Below, piece after piece: positions 36,606-49,350 of a DNA stretch of 64,000 nt. Below the pieces are notes generated by a model, which was not told the origin of the DNA, made no database searches, and saw nothing but the letters and a program-made list of their open reading frames with translations. The DNA lies in the NCBI RefSeq assembly GCF_036321535.1, contig NC_087437.1, forward strand, positions 59,646,001 through 59,710,000, written 5' to 3'. The DNA is from Camelus dromedarius. Taxonomy: Eukaryota. Each line of letters begins with the position of its first letter. Positions within the stretch are counted from its first letter, which is position 1. Made by a program: the position numbers and the translations under genes.

Positions 36606-39600
36606 AGGAAGCAGTGGAGTGCTTTCCAGGACCACCCATCCTTTCATGCACAACTCTGATCAGCCAGTGAGAGCCGAGAAATGGGGCTGCCTGGAGCTGG
36701 GACCCCAGACATGAACCCAGGCCTACTCACGTCTCTTGGCTAGACACCCATACCCCAGCTTCCTAGCCCAAGAGGCCCACGGGGGTCTTGTGTCTGTCTC
36801 AGCAAGAGGACAAAGGCCCCATTTCATCAGCTGCCATCAAAATCAGTGAAGCCCAGAAAGATTCTACTGCCCAGGGACTGAAGACCTCAGAGACAGAGAG
36901 CCCCAGAGACCCAGGGTGGAAAATTGGCTGTTAGCTGCATTTTTAGGCAGATGCAGTCTAATTTGTGCTGTGAAGAAAGGAGGAAGGAATCATTTCTTTC
37001 CACTAACACCGACCCTCCCACTCCTCAGGCTAGAGATTGCCTCCCCCGTGAACTTATGGTGATGCTGCTCTCTAGAGTTTACAAATGATGTGGGGGGCTG
37101 ATTCACTGCTGCCTGGGGGTCAGCTGAGGAGAGAAGCTGTCATCCCCATCTCTCTCCCAATTGCTCAAGGATTGTTATAAAACACATTTCCCTCCCCCTT
37201 CCCTGGTGAAACGGTGAAATAGAGCATCCACTGCTTTGATTCCTAATTGGCACAGACAGCCAGCTCGCTTCAGGGTCTAGAGTTCACTTCAGAATGATCT
37301 TATTTAAAACAACTTACTTTTTAAATGCCCACATCCTGCCCTCTGTGATGCAGAAGATTACACCTTCCCTTGGTTTTGGATGGAGAGTGTTTGGGGCACG
37401 TTAACCTGACCGCTGATGCCTAAGAATCCCTAGGAGGAAGCCAGAGCAGCAAGATGGGTTGATTATTTCAAAGATGGTTTCATGAGATTGCATGGAAAGG
37501 GTGGAAGAATCCTCCTTTGGAGGATTTGGTAGTTCAGTGACACAGTAGAAAAAGGAGTGGCTAGGACAGGCACCTGGGTGGAGGTCCAGCTCCCACTCCC
37601 CACCCCCAGTTTACTAAGGCACCTGACACTTCACTCCTCTCAAAGTCTTAACTGTATTCTCTATAATTTAAGGGGTAGGACCAGATTTTCTCTAAACTTT
37701 TTTTCCAGTTTAATGTCCATGACTATTAATCAATTTTTATTTTTTTATTGTCACATCATATTCATATGATTCTTGGTGGCTTACAAAAAAAAAATTTGGC
37801 ACACATTTTTAAAACTTCACTGAGGGAATTAGAAGAAAAAGAAGAGTAAACTTGGGCTCTATATACTTTGATAGAGGTGGGCCAAAACTGGCCTCTGAGC
37901 TTCCTTGCAGCCAATACAAGGAGGGAAATACAATAGATTACAAGACTAAGAGCATAGGTTTAGTGAGGATAAACCAGTTGCTTAGGAAAAGGTCAACTTC
38001 CTGGTTCTAAGGTCTGAGAGAAATTTCTCACTTGGCTCTTCAGAAGAGGGAATTCTGTCCTGTTATTAGTAAATCCTCAACAATGTCTTTTCAAGAAACA
38101 TATGAACCTTCTTATAAGGTCCCCCAGGGGCAGCCAGTGAATTGTGCATAAAAAATACATTTTGACCTGGATCAAAAAACTGCAGTCCACGTCTGAAGTT
38201 CTCTGGTGGCCTTTGTAAGCCAGGTGGCCCATAGCAGAGTAGCTAGAACAGTGTTTCTCAACTGAGGGCCCAACTGAGGACTCCTGGGGGTCCCCAGACA
38301 AGTTCCTGAGTTGACAAACAACACTGATTTGAGGCAGCACTTCTCAATCATTTTCATGTAAATTCGTAGAGAGGCAAAGCAAGGCATACACCCTAGGGCC
38401 ATCTGAGCTAAAGGTCCTCCAGTCACAGTATTCACATAATGAGATGCAGTTGTCCCTTGGGCACCACTGCTTCCCTGCCTCCTCTCCACCACCCCTCCAT
38501 GCTGCCACTGCCCCAGCTACTAGGGGACAATGTTGGCCTGGATAAAATAGCCTTTCTTGGCTCCCAATCCCCCAGAGTAAGGCTCACGTGCCTCTGCATG
38601 CCTGTCAGGTTTCTATGTGATCATCCCCCCTTGTCCTGTGGCCTCAACAGAGAACCTTCTCCCCCTCCTCGTGCCAGAGTCAAGCCCCCAACACTCCAGT
38701 CAACCCGCTGATGTGACTTTGTGTAGTCAGGTGGGTTCCCTCTGTATCTCTCCTCCCAAGTAAGTTTCTCTTTTGACATTTCCCCCATCCTCCAAGACTT
38801 AGACACCAAAGCCAAGTCTTCCCTACTTTTCCAGGAGATATAACCTCCCTCTCTCCCGTGGCGCTTGGTCAGGGCCACGTTCATTCACACAGCTCTCATT
38901 ACCGAGTCCTGCCAGCCTTCGGCTCACAGGCAGAATTTTTAGTTTCTGGGGTTTAGGTCTGTCTCCCCAACTTGATGGGAACTTCTTGAGGGCAAAGGCC
39001 TCAGCTCACAAGATTCAGTCCTCCAGGGTCTCGGCTTCCCACCACACCCCCAGCAGAAGTTCTGCAGGTGTCTGCAGAATTCACCTGCAGGACAGAGGGG
39101 CACAGAGGGTAGTGTCAGGGAAAGGAGAGGCCTGGGGGGCGGGAGGGGGAGTGCGCCTTTTTCTGATGGGTGGGGAGGGAGGAGAGTCAGCAGGTGGCAG
39201 GCCTACTGGCTGGATGAGCTGGGGAGGGGCAGGGACTTCTAATCTCTGTGACAGTAGGGCTGGCCTGGACAGTAGCCAAGAGCAGGAGTGGGAAAGCAGT
39301 GTTCCCCCTGCGGATGGGCACCTGACCCGCTTTGTGCTTATTGGCATTTCTTGCTGCATCTGTTTATTTGACCAAAGCATCCTGATCACAATGGCCACGC
39401 GAGCTTGTTGACATATTGGAAATTCCGCATTCATGCAACTCGGGCTTCAGCCTTCCATCCGCCAGCTGTGCCAGGTATTAATTAAAACAGTGGGTGAGGA
39501 GAGCTAAATCAATCCCCTGGGGGAGGGGTGGGCTTATTTTTCAAATGGATAGGGTTTCAGCTCCAGGGCGCGCTAGTTTGCTTTTCAGAGTTCCAAACAG

Positions 39601-39665
39601 GCATTTGTGATACACCACTGTGCCCAGCACCTTCTACTGGCTTCCTGAGCATTCCCAAACACTGA

Positions 39666-39768
39666 GGTGTGTGTGCAGCTATGTGCGATCATGTACCTGT
39701 GACCTGCACGTATGTGAGTGCTTGTGTGAGCTTGTGTGCTTGTTCGTGCGCGTGCACGTCTGCGTCTA
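39666..39768. repeat. Degenerate (TG)-rich low-complexity tract
   Basis: GTGTGTGC...GTGTGAGCTTGTGTGCTTGTTCGTGCGCGTGCAC. Confidence 0.7.
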
Positions 39769-40194
39769 TCCAGCCCACAGGCCCCAGCACCAATGGCAGG
39801 CACAACCTACGCCAATGCATTTGGTGGCCGAATAGGTTCCAGCTGCTCTTTGTTGCACTGAAAGCGCCAGGGAAGCTGTGCTGCTCACACGGATCACTTG
39901 AGATGGAAAGAGACAGTGTTTGCACTGCAATCCTTGTGGTGTTATTTCTAGGACTCTGAAATGCCTCTTGAGAACTGGATCTGGCGGGCTAGGAATACCT
40001 CATTGTGAATGTTGCCAGCTCCTCCCAGAAGGGCTCAGGTCACTCCTCTCAGGTGAGTTATGTCATTATTTGTCTCGTTCTGAATGGCAGCTCAGGATCA
40101 CGGGAGTAGGGGCAGGAGTTTACATGAAATATGATGAAATAGATCCCTCCCCCAACCCAAACCTGTACAGGGACACGGGGGCCCTACGGGAAGG

Positions 40195-40360
40195 AGCCCA
40201 GACCTGGTGGTTGTGAGCTCTGGGGTCTGAGATCTGAGCCCTGACATACCATGTGATCTTAAAAAACTACCTCCGTCTCTTAGGATCTGTTTTCTCATTT
40301 GCAAATGAAGGGGTTGAATTATGTCCTTTCGATGGTTGCTTCTGTCTACCAAGCTCTAGG
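40195..40360 (+). mobile_element. MIR/MIR3 fragment
   Basis: TGTGATCTTAAAAAAC...TCTGTTTTCTCATTTGCAAATGAAGGGGTTG. Confidence 0.6.
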
Positions 40361-40734
40361 ATGGGTTCACAAAATGGAACTATTCTGCTGTTTTTGGTGG
40401 GAATCCTAGACTCCTAAAAATGTCAGAGCTGGAAGGGACCTTAGCCCAATTCCTAGCCCAACCTCCACCCTTCCCAGAAGTCGGCAACTTGTTAGCGCAA
40501 GTCAAGGCAGAATAGATCAAATATCTATTATGGGAGAGATTAGGACTATCCTGGCCCCTTGGTGCTGTTTTGAATGCATTTCATTTCTGTGATGTGACAG
40601 CTCACATCCCCTCAGCTTTGGTCAAGACTTGGCTCAGGCCTCAGCCCTTTCCCAGACTCCCACTCTCTCTTTGAATTTCTCCCCCCAGCACTAGGCAAAC
40701 ATTCTGATTGTAGCATCTGGAACCCTCGGGGGGC

Positions 40735-40875
40735 TTGCTACACAAAGCATGGTCCTTAGCAGAAGTAGGATCACCTGGGAGCTTGTAGGAACGGCAGAAC
40801 ATCAGGCCCCGCTGGGACCTTTTAACCAGATCCCCAGGTGATTCATTGGCACATTAAGCTTCAGAGCTGCTGTTT
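40735..40875 (+). mobile_element. MER5A1-like DNA transposon
   Basis: ATCACCTGGGAGCTTGTAGGAACGGCAGAA...TTTTAACCAGATCCCCAGGTGATTC. Confidence 0.75.
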
Positions 40876-40899
40876 TAGGGAAAACCTAGTCTATTCTGT

Positions 40900-41035
40900 G
40901 TCTATTCTATTCACTGGTCTGTCTCCCCAGCTAGACAGTGAGTAATGTAAGGCTCCTTGATTTTTGCATCCTGGGGCTTAGAATGGTCCCTGATGCAAAA
41001 TAGGTGCTCAACAGTATTGAAGAAATAATTGAAGT
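40900..41035 (+). mobile_element. L2 3' end
   Basis: GTCTGTCTCCCCAGCTAGAC...TAGGTGCTCAACAGTATTG. Confidence 0.7.
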
Positions 41036-41354
41036 GAGCCTATGCAGGCTTCTTGACGGCTGTGAACTTGGCACCAGTTCTGAAAGAGACCTGGTCTTGA
41101 TGGACAGGAAAAAGTGAGCATCTGGGAAGTATTCCCTTAGCCCAGAGACAGGATTTACAGATCAGCCTGGTTGGAAGGGAGAGTGTGGCATGAAAAAGCA
41201 TGAGAGGAAGTGGAGAGGAGAAGAGGTAGGGAGAGAGGATGCTGAGGAGCTGGAAGATGGCTAGATCGGGATGTTTGGGACAGATCTATCTACCCATCTC
41301 ACACCCACCTCCTCCAATCTCATGTCCTATTGTTCAGTTAACCCTGAACACAGA

Positions 41355-41665
41355 TGAGCATCATGGGTTGATACGAGGCTCTGGCTCAGAGAGACTGGAT
41401 TCCAATCCCAGTTTCGCCACAAAAAGATGCTGTGTGATCTTAGGCAAATCACTGAACCTCTCTACGTGTCAGTTTCCTCATCTCTCAAATGGGGATCACG
41501 TTCAATTTTTTTAAAAAAAGAAGTCCAAATATTTTTTAATAAAATAAAATGGGATCACAGAAATATCTTCCTCAAAGGGTCCCAGTGAGGATTGAATGAG
41601 ATGATGAAGTGCATTGGCAGAGTGCCTGGCGTGAGGAGAGGGCTCGACAGAAGTGACATGATTGT
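41355..41665 (+). mobile_element. MIR SINE
   Basis: GCTGTGTGATCTTAGGCAAATCACTGAACCTCTCTACGTGTCAGTTTCCTCATCT...GTGAGGATTGAATGAGATG...AGAGTGCCTGGC. Confidence 0.85.
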
Positions 41666-42174
41666 AAGTGAAAGAATAAACTCTCAGCACCAGCTCGCTT
41701 TAGCCTGTCCAGCCTGAGAGCACCAAGCTCGGTTTGCAGGCTCTTAAACCCAGCTCTTGCATCAAAGGCTGCAAATTTCTCTCTCGCTGGCTCTCAGGGC
41801 CTTCTCAAACTCTCTCTCCTGTCCCTGAGAGCCTCAGATTCACGTTTCTCAGGAGGGTTTCTCCTCTAGTCTCCAGGAGTCCTCTCTTCCCAGAGGAGAA
41901 GACTATGCCATCCACTCACCTCTTTTGATTGTCAGGCAGGAGTGACTTGACTGAGGAGCAGTGCCTGGCCTGGCTTTGCCTGGACCATAAAGCCCCATTG
42001 ATGGCTTCCAGAAACTGCTACCCAAATGCTATTGCCTTTATGTTGGCACCTGACAAGAAGTATGGAGCGTGTTTGATTTGCTGGAGCAGAGCAAGCCTGG
42101 TAGCATGAGCCAGGGGCTTCCTAGTTGCCTCCTATACCCTTAGCTATGTCCAGGATTCTGTAGCAGGACCGCCC

Positions 42175-42280
42175 ACCTGCAGTCGTGCAGTTGGTACACA
42201 CTAGAGTCTGTATAAGTGGCAACCACCACCCTACCTGGAGTTGGGCAGTGTACAACCTGATCAGATGTACACTGTACTCC
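42175..42280. mobile_element. MER91-like hAT-Tip100 fragment
   Basis: CCTGGAGTTGGGCAGTGTACAACCTG resembles the MER91 terminal segment. Confidence 0.5.
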
Positions 42281-42419
42281 TTTCCCCAAGCCCCACAGCA
42301 ATCCATGCCGTGTTCCTTGTGAATAATTAAGGAGCCTTAGGAATGGCTGTGCAGATGTTAGGCATGGGTTGTTCAAAGTGGTGCCAGACCTGCGCTTTTG
42401 AAACAATCCCTGCCATTTT

Positions 42420-42544
42420 TTTGGGCGGGGGTGAGGAGCAGGGAATTAAGTTTGTTTGTTTGTTTAAATGGAGATACTGGGAATTGAACCCAGAATCTCA
42501 TGCATGCTGACCATGTGCTCTACCACTGAGCTATAACCTCCCCC
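42420..42544 (-). mobile_element. tRNA-derived camelid SINE (Vic-1-like) with 15-bp TSD
   Basis: Minus strand: GGGGGAGGTTATAGCTCAGTGGTAGAGC (A box)...GGGTTCAATTCCCAG (B box)...(AAAC)n-CTTAATT-C-rich-A tail; TSD AATCCCTGCCATTTT at 42405-42419 and 42545-42559. Confidence 0.92.
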
Positions 42545-44269
42545 AATCCCTGCCATTTTAAATTGTATTCTAGGGGTAAAAATATTGACCTGCACCCCAG
42601 TCATCTAGGAGAGGAAAGAGCTGGGAAAAGGACACAGCAGGAGAAGTTCTACACTGTGCACTCGGCTTGTTTCTTTCTGGGGGACCTGCCCCCTGGGCTT
42701 CAGGTTCCAGGCAGATCTGCATCAGCCAAGCACAGGGGACACGTTCTCTGAGACGCTTTGTGTCCAGGGCTGTGAGGGTGGGCACTGAGAAGTGAGGCCG
42801 ACACTGAAGGCTGCTGCAAACCATTCCATCAGCACCAGCCAATGGTTTTAGTACCATTTGTTCCAAATCACCTGACAAATGTCCCCTGAGCATTGCCAGA
42901 GTCTTCTCCAAGTTAATGGCCCCTTTCCTCCCTGCTCTGTCTGTCTGATGAGGCACTTCTTACATTTGAATCTGTATGGCAATGGAGGAATGGTGGCCCC
43001 ATTTATTCTTAATAATGTGACTGAGAAATACCAGTAATTACATAATGACTACAGAAGAATCACATTTAAATATATGAAGAGAGGAGTGATTTGTATCACA
43101 TTTCCCCAATGAATATGTAATTACTGGCTATAAAAGCACCTTCCTGACTCACAAAATGACCACCTTTTGTCCTTGTAAGAAGAGATGAGATTTGTATTCA
43201 TTTGTGCAGGTCAGGTAGCCTGAGATATTTGAGGTAAACCACCCTCCTTAGTCCTCCCAAATTACACTGCTCCATCCTGAGTCAGCTGGTAGGACCCGCC
43301 CTGTCCCCGCTCAAGAGGGTCAGACTGAAAGACCTCTTTAGTCCCTTCTGGCCCCCAGCTGCTCTGCACCTTGTCTCCAGTTACCCCTGCTCAGCGATTC
43401 GGGTCAGCCAGCTGGACGACCTGGTAGCTTTGTGCTGGCCCCGGCTCTCCACTTGTCTTCCCTGGGAGACCCCAGACATCCTGGGCTCCCATTTTCCTCT
43501 CTTGCTGTATGTCTCCGAGGGCTGAGGGCCAGGGAGGGTGGTGGGCTCTGCCTACTGCCCACACCTCCCAGCGGGGAGTAGTGCACAGTCTGAACCAATT
43601 AGGGCAGACAGTGCCACCAATGATAGCACAGAGCGAGGAGGCTTCTGCTGGCTCCCAGTATGGCCAGGACCACTAGGAGTCCCCAAGGAAGAGGCAGCCT
43701 CCCTCCCTGGCCAGATTTGGGGCCACTTAGTCTGCTCTCATGTTTGAATCAGCCAGACAGGATGGGCCTGCCGTCCCCTAAGTCCCTGGATGGAGCATCC
43801 CACCTCTGCGCCATTGGTCCACATAGGAGGAGCCTGTCAGCCTGCAGGTCATGTGCTATGGTCTGGTCTAAGGTCATGGTGGCCCAGATGGCCTCTTTCT
43901 CCCTGACTTTTCCTGACATTCTGTTTTAGAGGTCACCATCTCGTCTCCAGCTTCACTAACACCTTTGTCATTAAGGACGAGTATAAAAAACAAAAATACA
44001 CAAAGGGTGCTATGGGCAGCTCTAAATAGTTCTGACCTACATCCAACCATCAGCTACCTCAAAGCATTTGTGAAAGGATCACAGAATCTCAAAGTCCCTT
44101 GTGAAGAACCTAAAAAAGTGAAAAAGAAGCTAACTTTCCCCTCATCCATCATTTGCCTGTGACCTAACATTCAGGTCTAAAACTTCGACCGCTGAATCTT
44201 CACTTATGAAAAATCTTTAGCTCCTTGGACTTCTCCTTTGTAACACTGGACACATGGCTAATTGAATCT

Positions 44270-44505
44270 AAAAAGCATATGCTAAAATTTCAATAGGAAA
44301 GCAGAGGAACCGGAGGAGCCAAACAGTTTTGGATAAGAGCAAAGTTGGAGGATGTACACCCCCTGCCTTCAAGACTTCCTGCAGCAGAACCAGTGTGGTG
44401 TTAGTGAAAGGAGAGACTCGGGTCAGTGGGCAGAACAGAAAGCCCAGGAATAAACCCACACATGTACAGTCACTGAATTTTGACAAGGGCACCAGGGCAA
44501 TTCAC
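44270..44505 (+). mobile_element. L1 ORF2 internal fragment
   Basis: Remnant KSKVGG.T.P.FK and AATAAACCCACACATGTACAGTCACTGAATTTTGACAAGGGCACCA. Confidence 0.8.
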
Positions 44506-44554
44506 AACGCTTAAGCACTGTCGTCATTCAAAGTGATGTGTCTACGTTTTAGTG

Positions 44555-44695
44555 AACGCCTATCTACCCTCCTAGGCTGCGTGCCCAAGCAGGAGAAAGA
44601 CTGTCGCTTGTTCACAGCTATGTCCCCAACACTTGATACAATGCCTGGCACAGGCTCAAAGCTTAACAAACATGTTTTGAAGGAAGGAAGGGGGA
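44555..44695 (+). mobile_element. L2 3' end
   Basis: CTTGTTCACAGCTATGTCCCCAACAC...ACAATGCCTGGCACAG. Confidence 0.75.
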
Positions 44696-47600
44696 AGGCT
44701 GGCAGGCGGGCAGGCTTGACGCTCTGGATGTGAATGGGCTCTTTCTCCAAACTCAGACTTCTGTCAACATCCATGTAGCTATTCTTTCTTCTTCACACTT
44801 ACAAGATGTTACATAATGTTTCATTCACTTTCCAACTCTCGTTACTTCCGAAGTGTGGTTTTTCCAGTTACAAAGACATGAATATCAGAAGCGAGCAGGT
44901 CTTTGTACCATCTGCTCTGGCAGAAGGATTGCATTATTAAGATGGTGCATCTTCCCTGAGCTCCAGGGTTGAATCAGCCCCAAAGCTACTGCAGCTCCTT
45001 CTGTCACCTGCTTGTGGTCTGGGTGAGACACCTCAGAACGCTCAGAATTTCAGCCAGGCCCAGGCCAGGGACAATGCAGATGACCCTATTATATTGACTG
45101 TGAGTTTTATTGATCGTCCTATTGTATAGGCTAGAAAGCAGTGCTAAATGTCATTAACCATTTTTGTGGGCTGGTAAAAAAAAGGTAGTTACCTGCAGGG
45201 AGGCCTCACAGAAGCCAAGATATTACCTGACTCCCTGTCTCTGGTCCCCTTGGACATTTCAGTCTCTCAGCTGGAGCGCCCGTCCCGAGCAGACTCAGGC
45301 ATCTCAGACAGCTTTCCATTTGCAATATGGAAATCTAGCTGCTTTCTGCTCCTGGTGGTGCAGCATCTACAGTGACTCAGATCATTTTCACAGTTTTTAA
45401 ATGTATTCTCTCAGATCAACCAAAGTATGTAATAGGAAATGATGCAGTGTTGAATTGGCCCAATAACTCACACCAGATGTTTCAACAAGAGCAGATGTAT
45501 ACTTAAGAAAATATACTGAGAACTCACAGTTTGCTTTGCCAAATGGAAATTGTTCCTTCCCCGAGGTTCCCTCAGCATCTTTAGAGGGAGGGAAGGCTTT
45601 GTGAGAGACAGTTATGTCTCCAGGAGGTGAGAGCCCTGGCTTCAGATAGGATCTCTGGCAGGAAATGAACGGGGCGTTTCATAAATGTGCTTCTCACTCA
45701 GAGCACTGCTCCAAAGGTACAGAGCCAAGCAAACCAAGCCTGTGTGATGGCTCCGATTACGAGTTACACCAGGACTCAGTGCCCAGCCTTGTCTCCTGAT
45801 GGTATCTCATCCCCAGGCACTGTGATCACAGCACGGTGTTACGTACTGTAATTTCCTCACCGTGCTGCGCAGCTCAGGAGAGACTGTCTGGAGCAGAGCT
45901 GTCAGACTTCGTATTTTCAAGGTTGACTTTGAGCATTGAAGGAAGTCCCCTTGGGCCCATCCAGACTATGCTGGCTTCTTTCTCTAAACCTGTACTGCTC
46001 CTAAGACTATACCTAAAAATGTAGCTCTAACCAGAAGCTGGAAAGGCTGGAAGGGGCCCTGGGGAATCACACAGCTCCCCCTGCCCACCACCCTCCATCA
46101 CCCATTCTCTCCTCCATATTCCCGAGAAGACTGGTTCAGACTCTGAGCACCTGCAGAGGTGGGCGCTCACGACCTCATGGGGGAGGCCCACAGACCGCAG
46201 GCGGGTCTTACTGTCCAGACTGGTTCACAGCATTAGGCCAAGACGTGTCCGCCTTTAATGTCCATTTGTGGTTCACGGTCCTAACTCCGGCAGCCCCACA
46301 ATTCTAACCCTTCTTCCATCTGACTTCTGCAAGGCCCTGGTGAAACTTTTTTTCTTTCTACAATTCTCACCCCAGAATTCTGCTGATTCTCCTCTAGTTA
46401 GTTAGCTACCTTTTCTCATCAAGTGGACCTCAGGAGCTGGCCTTTTCTTTTCTTCCTTTGTGTTCAACGAGTGCCTTCCCTGCCCAGCCTCCTACTCCCA
46501 CGTTGTTCTCACCATAAACCTCGTACGGGATGGAGCATAGAGTAAACGCTCCCCATGCAGATGCCCAGCAAACCCAGAACCCTCTGCCAAAAGCCATGGC
46601 AGACGTTGGCTCACACTCTCCTGAGCCCTGTGAATGATGTAAGGCCAACTGATAAGTATGGTGAGAATATACAAGTGCTACGAAGGCCTCATATGAAACA
46701 CGAACCAAACCCAGGCCAATCCTGAGCTCCAGCGACCCACAGTGGATAAATGAGACCTTTGTGTTAGCCCACGATGTCCCCTTAGACCCCTTAGGCCTCA
46801 GCAGGGAACCCCCGACATCAGCAGTCCACAACCTGAGTGAGGCCTGTTTTCTTGCTACAGCTTAGATGCTGAGGGATCTTCAGAATTGCTTAGAGTTGAG
46901 CTTTTTTGGCAAATGAACTTTCACAAGACCATAAAACAACTCCAGCAAAGCTCCACAAGGTGACACTCTGGCCGGAGGCCTAACCCCCACAGCTGATCTT
47001 TCCTTCATTCCTCAGAGACTCCTGAGAATCATTCTTGGAACCCTGGGGTTCCACAGAACACAGTGTGAGAACCACCACTCCAGATCTTGCTCTGTAACTT
47101 GGATTTACAGAGAACCTGCCAAACCACCAAACACTCAAATCTCACATCTCTTGCACCTACTACAAGATAGGATAACTCAGACTCAGAGAATTCTGGGGTT
47201 GGAAAGAACCAGAGACATCATCTGGACAAACTCACTTTACAGGGAAAGAAATCAGAAGTCCTAACTAGAAAAAGAACTCATGCAAGATGCAGAGCAAGTG
47301 GTGGCAGAGCAGGATGACGACCCAGGGCAGGGAAGGAGGAGGTGTGGTACACTCGCTGAATGAGAGAGGGGAAGGCCCTGGGAAAGTAGCCACTGGAGAC
47401 CTAAGCTGCCCTCCTGTGCGCGCCCCCAGGCTCCAGCGCCCTATTGGTGGCCCTCAGTGCCAATCATCTCCCTCCGTGGTGCCCTGCCCAGGCCCGCCCA
47501 CTGGACAACTGCTGTTTCCCACCTCCTCCTGTTAACCAAGTTTATTCTGTTTCCATCCGTTCAGCGTCCTCCTTCTCCTTAAGTTAAACCAATCCTCGTT

Positions 47601-47974
47601 AAAAAGCCTGAGAGGCCTGTAATCTCTCAAATTACATACTATTTTGGGGTCAATGTATCTTTTCTTTAAATTGTCTAATTTATTGACATAAACCTGCTCA
47701 TAAAACCCTCTTGTTATCTTTGCAACATCTGCAGCTTCCACAACAAGGGCCCCTTTTACATCCCTGCTGTGGGTTATTTGAGCTTTCTCTCATGTTTTCT
47801 TCAGCAGTCTTATCAGAGGTTTGTCTATTTCATTATTTTGTTGCAAAGATCACTATTTCTGTGTCATTAATTTATACTCGTCATTATTTTCTTCCCTCCA
47901 CTTTTTTTAAGTTTACTCTTTTGTACTTTTTCTGATTTCTTGAGTTGTAGTTTAGTGCACTCATTTTCAGGCTC

Positions 47975-49350
47975 CTTTTAAAAATAAAGTTTTATTACAA
48001 TATAATTCACATACCATAATAATTACCCATTTAAAGTATATAATTCAATATTTTTTTGTACATTCACAGAGTTGTGCAGCTATCACCACAGCCAGTTTGG
48101 GGGCATTTTATCCCCCTAGAAAGAAACCCTGTACCCATTCTCTTAACATGCCTCCCCTTCCCATCCTCAGCCCTAGGCAGCCTCCAATCTACTTTCTGTC
48201 TCCATGGATTTATCTAGTTTGTACATCTCATATAGATGGAAGTATACAATGTGGGCTTTCATGACTGGCTTCCTCCACTTAGCACAATGATTTTGAGGTT
48301 TATCCATGTTGTGGCATGTATCGATACTCAGTTTTTTTCATTGCCAAATAATATTCCATGGTATGGACATATCACATTTTGTTTATCCATTCATCAGGTG
48401 ATGGACATTTAGGTGGTACTTTCTGACTATTATAAATAATGCTACTATGAACATTCATGTACAACTTTCTACTTGGACATATGTTTTCATTGCTTTTGGG
48501 TGTATGTATATTCAGGAAGGAATTGCTGGGCCATATATGGTAACTCCATGTGAAACATTGTGGTGAACTGCCACACTGTTTTCCAAAGTGTCTGCACAAT
48601 TTTGCAGTTGCACCAGCAATGTCTGAGGGTTTCAACGTCTCCATGTTGACATCAAAATTGCTATTACGTCTTTTAATTATAGGCATCCTAGTGGGTATGA
48701 GATGGTGTCTCATGATTTTTGACTTGTATTTCTCTGATGTCAGTGATGTTGAGCCATCATGATTCACCATTTCATGTGTTTTTATGCTTTTCATATATCT
48801 TCTCTGGAAAAATAATTATCCAAGTCCTTTGCCCATTTTAAAAATTAAGTTGTCCCTTTATTATTGAATGTTAAGAGTTCTTTATACGTTCTGTAACATA
48901 AAAAGTCCCTTATCAGGCATATGGTTTGCAAAAATTTTTCTTCCATTCTGTTGGCTGTCTTTTCAGTTTCTTAAAATGGTGTCCTTTGAGGCACAGAAGT
49001 TTTTAATTTTGTTGATGTCCAATATTTTTCTTGTGTTGCTTCTGCTTTTAGTGTCATATCTAAGAAATCATTGCCTAATCCAAGGTCATTAATAATTACA
49101 CCTATGTTTTCTTCTAAGAGATTAATAGTTTTAGCTCTCACATTTAGGTCTTTGATCCATTTTGAGTTAATTTTCATATATGGCATGAGGTAGAGGTATA
49201 ATTTTACTCTTTTGCATGTGGATAATGACTTGTCCCAACACTATTCTTTCTCCATTGAGTTGTCTTGGCACCCTTGTTGAAAATCAATTGACAGTAAATG
49301 CGAGGGTCTACTTCTGGACTCCTAGTTCTAGCCCACTGATCTGTACAAGC
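47975..49350 (-). mobile_element. L1MB-type element (3' UTR plus ORF2 C-terminal part)
   Basis: ORFs 48971..49186(-) [28 protein letters not shown] and 48372..48794(-) MRHHLIPTRM...PKCPSPDEWINKM match L1 ORF2. Confidence 0.92.

Noticed and set aside
42470..42544. tRNA gene candidate (A and B boxes)
   Set aside because: It is followed by a SINE-type tail and flanked by a TSD, so it is a retroposed SINE head.
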